A stretch of 64,000 bases of DNA from Raillietiella orientalis (taxonomy: Eukaryota), in the NCBI GenBank assembly GCA_036172245.1, contig JAYWIR010000042.1, forward strand, positions 62,001 to 126,000. Direction: 5' to 3'. Below are positions 58,100-64,000 of the stretch, piece after piece. Positions within the stretch are counted from its first letter, which is position 1. Each line of letters starts with the position of its first letter. Below the pieces are notes generated by a model. That model was not told where the DNA came from. It ran no database searches and saw only the letters and a program-made list of their open reading frames with translations. A program made the translations under genes and the position numbers.

Positions 58100-60570
58100 A
58101 ACCTTCTATGACTGGATAGACGCTATGCTTCTCTTGTGTGATTTCTGCTTATCAGGAAAAAAATTTGGCGAACTTCCAACTGTGGTTCGCCGATGCATTG
58201 ATCAGCTGAGATTGCCTCTGCGTTTTGCTGAAGCGGCTGAGTCGGAAGAGGTTCTTGCCTACTGCTGACATGACTTTGCCCTTTAAGGGCTCCTTCGAAC
58301 CTCTGTGGAGGAAATGAGGTAAAGAGGATCACTCGAAAGGCGTGAGCAAAATAGCAAACATGCTGCGAGATGCCATCAACCATCTTCTCTTTGTGCTTCA
58401 ATAAAATAATTACTTTCTGCCATTTCCCCTCCCCCCACTTTTCTGCTGGGCATTGGGTATCTGTGTGCAAACTGTTTCGAAGGCTTCCTGTCTGGACATT
58501 CATGAAGGATAACAACATATCTTCCTTTTCATGGCTCCTTTACTGATCCTTCCCCTATTCTCCTAGTTGCGAGAAGGTTGAACAACTGGTCGTCACGTCT
58601 TCGAATGCACACAATTGGACAGATCGTTACTCGAACTGCTACATGTGCTCCTCCCGACCAATAGAAACGTGCGGAACGAAGGAAACACGCTTTCTTTCAT
58701 TAGCTTCCTGGACTTCCTTTTCCTGACCGATGATTGAACTTGTCCTTGACCTGAGAAGGCAGGAAGAATTCCAGATCTTTCGATTCCACATCAAAAAAAA
58801 AAAGAAAAGCATGTTTCTACTGAAGTCCGATTCTGCATAGGTTTCCTGTCTTGTTGCTTCTGTCAAGCAATCCCTGAGCTCCTCAGAAGAGTCTGTGGAA
58901 TGGAATCTTGAGCACTGTCCCTCTGGCCAGTCATAAAGGGCGCCATTTTCTCACTACCGTTCGTTCTCGCCTTCTCCTCTTCAGTCCGAGCTCAGAGGAC
59001 GAACCCCCTTCTCATGGCTCATGATCTCGTTCTTGTCAAACTGCTGATCGTCTTCTTCCTTTCAGTCTTCAGATCGCGACTGTTCTCTTCTGCCTTTCTC
59101 AAGAGTGCTGTTTCGGAAATCTCCTTTGGCTCGTGGCACCAATCCACCTTCGTCTTCTGAGCCACACCTGTCTTCGGAATTCCGAAAGCGCACTTTGGCA
59201 GCACTGTTGTCCTGCTGTTTCGCGGAACGGATGTTTTCTCTGTATCTTTTGCTCTCATTCGAGGTCCATTTCAACTAGACCCCAAACTGGGTCTAGCCAG
59301 CTTGGCAATCCGGTTGCCGGGCGAAAAAGGAAAGCATCTTTCGAGGCCCATGGTGCATGAAATGAGACCTTCTGTCGTTTCTGAAGTCCTCTGGCGTTTA
59401 GTATCGCCTTTACGCTCCGCGTCCTGTCAGGAAACCGGGATAATAATTCGCTCTGATAAATTGTCAAAGAGGGTAATTTTCCCTGCCATAAAAGCGGCTG
59501 CAGGATTACCTTTGCCGCTGAAAATGGTCTTCAGAACGATGAGGTTTCCCCCAGAGGCAGTTAAGCGTCCGTTGGATTCGCCTTCGGTATGATGGGACGT
59601 ACGTCGGCTGCATTTCCACTCACGTGTGCATCGTGATGATCGTGGTCAGCTGTGAAGATCCACTGATGTCCACTGATGTCCTCGAGTGATCAACTCATCT
59701 ATGGCTTCCCAATGATTCCATGCGCTGAAGCTTGACACGTTTTCCACCGGGAAGTTTTTTAAACTTCAAAGAGCGGGAATAAAAAAAAAGAAAAAAAAAA
59801 GAGCATTTCCATTAGACGAGCAGGGTTCTGTTTACAATTCTTCCAAAGTAAAGGGATTTCTAAGAAAAGGGACACGGGAGGGACTGATCGAACCAGCTTC
59901 TGATCGGAACGCAAGAGAAAAGACTCGAGGGGACGCACTGGGAATTCCAAGTTCTTGGGTTGTTGAGTTTTGTCGAGTCGGCTGCGGCCACTCAAGGAGG
60001 ATTTGAGAAATCTTGCGAAGCGCCCGACAAGAGAATGCCATCCCCGACGGCGATGCTGAGGTGGCTGAAGAGCACCGCTCTTTGGAGCAGTAGCGTTGTT
60101 TGGCGTCCTCCCAGGATCGGGAATGCGTTTGAATCAGGAGTGGTTGCGAGAGAAGTGTGTCGTTCGGCATTTCGGGATGGTTCTTTTGCAAGCTCATGGA
60201 CCCCGGAGTGTCCGAAATGGAAAGACAAGATAATGGCGACCCCCCGCCATCCTTACTCCCTTTCAGAACGGAGGTAAAGCTCGTTGAGGCTTCTGCCGTC
60301 ATTGCATTCGGCTGCGAGCTTCCCGAGGTGTGGCAATGATTCCAGAGAGAGCCTCGTAGCAGATTCATGAAGGCCGGGTGGCTCTTCGTTAAGGTACGGA
60401 TGTCGAACCTCGGTTGACCTTGAAATGCATCGTGCGGTCTTCTTCCCTTCCGGAGGAAGGCCTTTTCGTTTCCACAATCGGTCTTTGGAAAATCCCTTCC
60501 TTGTTTTCCCTCCTCACCTTTTAGTTTCTCGATGTTTCTACCTGTACTTAGGCGGAAAAGCAAAGGCCCC
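58100..60570 (-). mobile_element. One or two hAT-like fossils
   Basis: PRF and ELGIPSASPRVFSLA (IPA.S..ERVFS-like) in ORF 59832..60572; DISGSSQL near 59660. Confidence 0.3.
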
Positions 60571-63444
60571 AATTGCTAGGCTTCTCTCCTCCTAGTTAAT
60601 TTGGATTCTGAGGCAAACTGCAGCCGAAGAATTTTTAATCGCTCTTCTGAGCACAAGAATCGTGTGAAATCGAATTGCAACGAGGGTTGGTTACACGTGA
60701 TCAACTCTGAAATTCCGAGTCTGGGAAGTTTGAGAACCAACGTTTTAAAAATTTTGGGTTCCTCTCCCTCCCCCCCCCTTTTTTTCCTCTTTCATTTTTC
60801 ACTGGGGAGGAAGAGGGGGGAGGGAGGAAGAAGCGAATTCGATTTAGAAACTCGAACAGAGCAAACAGTCTAAAAAGAAAAAAGAGAGAGACAGGAAAGA
60901 AAAGAAATCTCGTAATCACTGCCATAACTTCGGTGTTACGGAACCCTCCGCGGAAAACTTTCGAAATGGGACGGAACCCCGTGCAGACTGGTTTCCTGGC
61001 TCCGCGTCGGTGCAGCTGCTGAGCGCCGAGTTCTTCTCCTTCGTGGGCTTTCCGACGTCGACAAAGGTGGACACGCGCAATTGGAAAAGACTCGTGGAGA
61101 CGCGAGCGTTTTCATGGGCGAGGGAGACGCCGAGAAGGGGGGATGACTCCTGGCACTCGACTCGGGCTCCGTGAATCTTTGCAGCTGCGGTAACGGGGAA
61201 ATCAAAGTAGTCCGAAAGAAAGGAGGGAGTGGGAGCAGGAACGCGGCTCGGGCTTCGGATTGGGACGCTGGGAAGTTCGGGGTGAGTTCCAGAGCCGACT
61301 GTGAACAAGCCTGCGTAGGAATTGCGCCAGGAGCTGCTTCGAGCGCCACGTAAGCGGGAATGCTCGTTCCCGCTAGCAAACGAGGCTCAGGGCTCCACCG
61401 TCCACCTTGCAGCACGCCAGATTCCAAGATCCCGGTTTGGAAAAATTTCGAAAATTTTCTTCTACTCAGCTGACGCTCGCGCATCCTCCGCTCCCGGGAT
61501 GATGGACGCACCTGTTTGTGCGCGTTTCCGCTCTTCACACCATGGGATCTCTTCCTTTTGTCGCATTCCGTGGAATCAACCGAGCAGTCTTCATCCATCA
61601 AGTGTCTCTGCTTGAGAAGCACAACTGCCGGTCTTCATCTTCGAGTGGGACTCGTGCGGCTTCGCCGATTATGCAGTCGGCGCTCTCTTAAAGGTCGGTC
61701 CATCTCTCTGGAAATGTTGGTCATTATGCGAGCTAGAACTGTCATGTAGAAGGAACGCACGAAAAATACGGTAGGAGCACACCGTATGAACACGGGAGAT
61801 GCATGATAACATCCGAAGCTGAAGCGAGATTACTGTCCGCTGCCCTTTTATTTCGGAAGGAAAAATACGAGGGCGGGGGACCGTAAATCATGAGAAGGAG
61901 TTGACGAATCGCGGAGGAGGACAGTTTCAAGTGTTCCGAATCCCTCAAAACAAGGGGCTCGTTCCGGCTCGCGCTGCCTTTTCCTTCGGCTGCCAGGAAC
62001 AGGAAAGAAGCAGCAAAGAGCTCCTCACCGCAAAAGCACATAAATTTTTCTGGATGCGGAGAAGAGTACTTCCCAGGGGCGTTTTCCTGAGAGGCTAACA
62101 GAGTTCGAAGCGAACTTCCAGGACCCTCCTAAAATTCCCTCACGCAGCCGTTTGATTGCAATCCATTTGAACCACCGATCCTTTATGATTCAGCGCGCGC
62201 AAAGTTTCGACTCCGGACTTCACTCCCCACGACTCCCACCTACTCTGCTCATTTTACCGACGACTAGCACTACCCCTCCTCCATTCTCTTGAAACACAGT
62301 AAAGCATCACGGGAATCTGAAATGGGTGCAATCTATTCCTATTTTCAGCTTCCTCCACCGTCTTCAACTCTTCATCATCAAGGTAATTTCCCCTTCCAGT
62401 GCCATTGCAGTCCTGAAACTCGGTTTATCCATTACCGTGGTCTTCTTTCAGGAAATATCAAAGATGGCCGAAATGAGGATCAGGAGACAGCAGGAACGTA
62501 AGATCCTTTCCTCCGTGCAGCAGCAACGGCTGTACACAACGAAATTTCCCGCATCCGTTACATGAGGAGCAGACGCGTTCAGCCAGGAAGGGAGAACTCG
62601 TGCTATCAGAAGCCACGGGAATTCCGACACGTAACCACGGGCGGGAAATGGGTAGATTCCGAATTCTCCGGTAGATGGCACTCGTTGCCGGAGGTTTACC
62701 TCACGAGCTGCTCGCCGGACACCCGCCGACGCAGTCTCAAATCGGAGGAAGAACTCCCAAAGCGCACCAGCGAAGTGTCCAAAACAGAACACATCCTTCA
62801 GACGGCACCCGCGGAAAAAGATTATTCCGTCCAGCTCCCGTCTCCGATCCACCTCTTGTCATCGAACAGAAATCAGCGAACCAGTCGGCCTCCGCTTCCT
62901 CCTCTCTGGAGGCCGCACGTCCTTCCCACATCAGCTTCCCGTTCTGCTGGACCGAAACGGAGCTTCCGTCTTTCTCATCCTCCTCAGGAACCGCTCCAAA
63001 GCAATCTGGAGCTGCATTCTGAGCAACAGAGCTTCGAACTTTTCTTAGCATGTTCTTCCGAATCGCTCGGCCTTTCGGCGAGCTGTTTTTCGCCCCGCCC
63101 TTGTGGCTGCTGTTGTTGGCAAGCGCACCCGGCTCAAGACTTGTTGCAATCCTGGCTGCATCCTGAGATGGTTCCGAGTTTGGGTGCTTTCGCTGCCTCT
63201 CCTTTCGAAGGTCTCCCTCTGCCCTGCAGAGCATCCAGCAGCAGTTGAGGTGGTCGTTGGTTTTTGTCGCGGGGCTTTCTCGGATTTTGAAGGATCGCGT
63301 TGAACCTGGCACATGCAAGGAGCCAATGCCACTTCGTCCAGAAGGAAAATCCATCTCTCTCGCACTCACAGAGGTGTTCACAGTGCCATGCGTGTAGAAG
63401 ATCCACGAACCCAAGATGCATTTTCTGTTGGAAAAGCTACAGAA

Positions 63445-63468
63445 ATGTTCTAGAAATTTCTAGAACAT
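63445..63468. promoter_or_regulatory. 24-bp perfect palindrome containing a four-unit heat-shock-element consensus
   Basis: ATGTTCTAGAAATTTCTAGAACAT contains nTTCn-nGAAn-nTTCn-nGAAn. Function is not shown. Confidence 0.4.
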
Positions 63469-64000
63469 CACTTGCAAAGATGCGCATGCACAAACGTATG
63501 TGCATTTGGAAGGAAGTTAAAAAGTCCACAATGTACGCACAAGTAATGCACGAATTAGCTGGTTTCATTTTTCCGTTTTACGGCCCATGCGAGTTGCCAC
63601 TCGCGGAATGCAGAAATCCTTGCTCTCAAGGAGCTTTGGTGGACCTTTGTGCCCACGATGAAGCAAAACCTCTTCGGTTGGGTGCGCTGAGGGGTCCTTT
63701 TCGCCAAGTCGCTGGCTGTGCTTCTCCGTCCACCACGAGCGACGTGCGGCATCCAAGATTTTGGCCACAAGAAAGAGCACCCTGCTTCAAAACGAAGAAT
63801 TGGTCTGTCGACTTGCGTAGAAAGTTGAGCATTTCGGCCTCCGATGAGCGAACGCCATTTCTTCCTTTGTCCAAGTCGCCCTTCTCCATGAGCCGATCGC
63901 TCGAGCTCGGGCTTGCTTTTTCTGGAAAGCTGCTCCCTAGAGTGTACATCTGGGTTGGTGGGTCGGTACCCGTGAAGGAGGATCACTGATGTATCTGGAT

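Noticed and set aside
63300..63440. piggyBac-like Cys-rich C-terminal domain (RCSQCHACRRSTNPRCIFC)
   Set aside because: No upstream DDD transposase motifs, TIRs or TTAA sites could be identified.

Overview
Eukaryotic, probably arthropod, genomic DNA. The window contains one complete protein-coding gene on the minus strand: a 9-exon, three-Ig-domain cell-adhesion gene of the DIP (Dpr-interacting protein)/lachesin family, most like DIP-gamma. CDS join(42865-42754, 39317-39205, 33417-33210, 14214-14044, 11959-11846, 10526-10388, 8382-8231, 8154-7933, 5597-5440) = 1389 nt, 462 aa. The protein has a signal peptide, Ig1-Ig3, a Thr-rich stalk and a putative GPI signal; AATAAA is at 5375-5380. All intron phases are compatible and intron 7 is a GC-AG intron. 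The rest of the window is mostly transposon debris: Tx1/L1-clade non-LTR retrotransposon fragments and very decayed hAT-like transposase remnants, many called with low confidence. The most unusual structure is a head-to-tail stack of Tx1-like elements at about 47.6-54.0 kb. Their tail-less 3' UTRs carry a covarying three-hairpin/AATAAA module, and two of the elements appear to end in a diverged tandem duplicate of the 3' UTR. A second candidate is a GC/GT tandem splice donor that could switch the DIP C-terminus into an alternative reading frame open for about 157 codons. All calls come from manual reading; no database searches were run.
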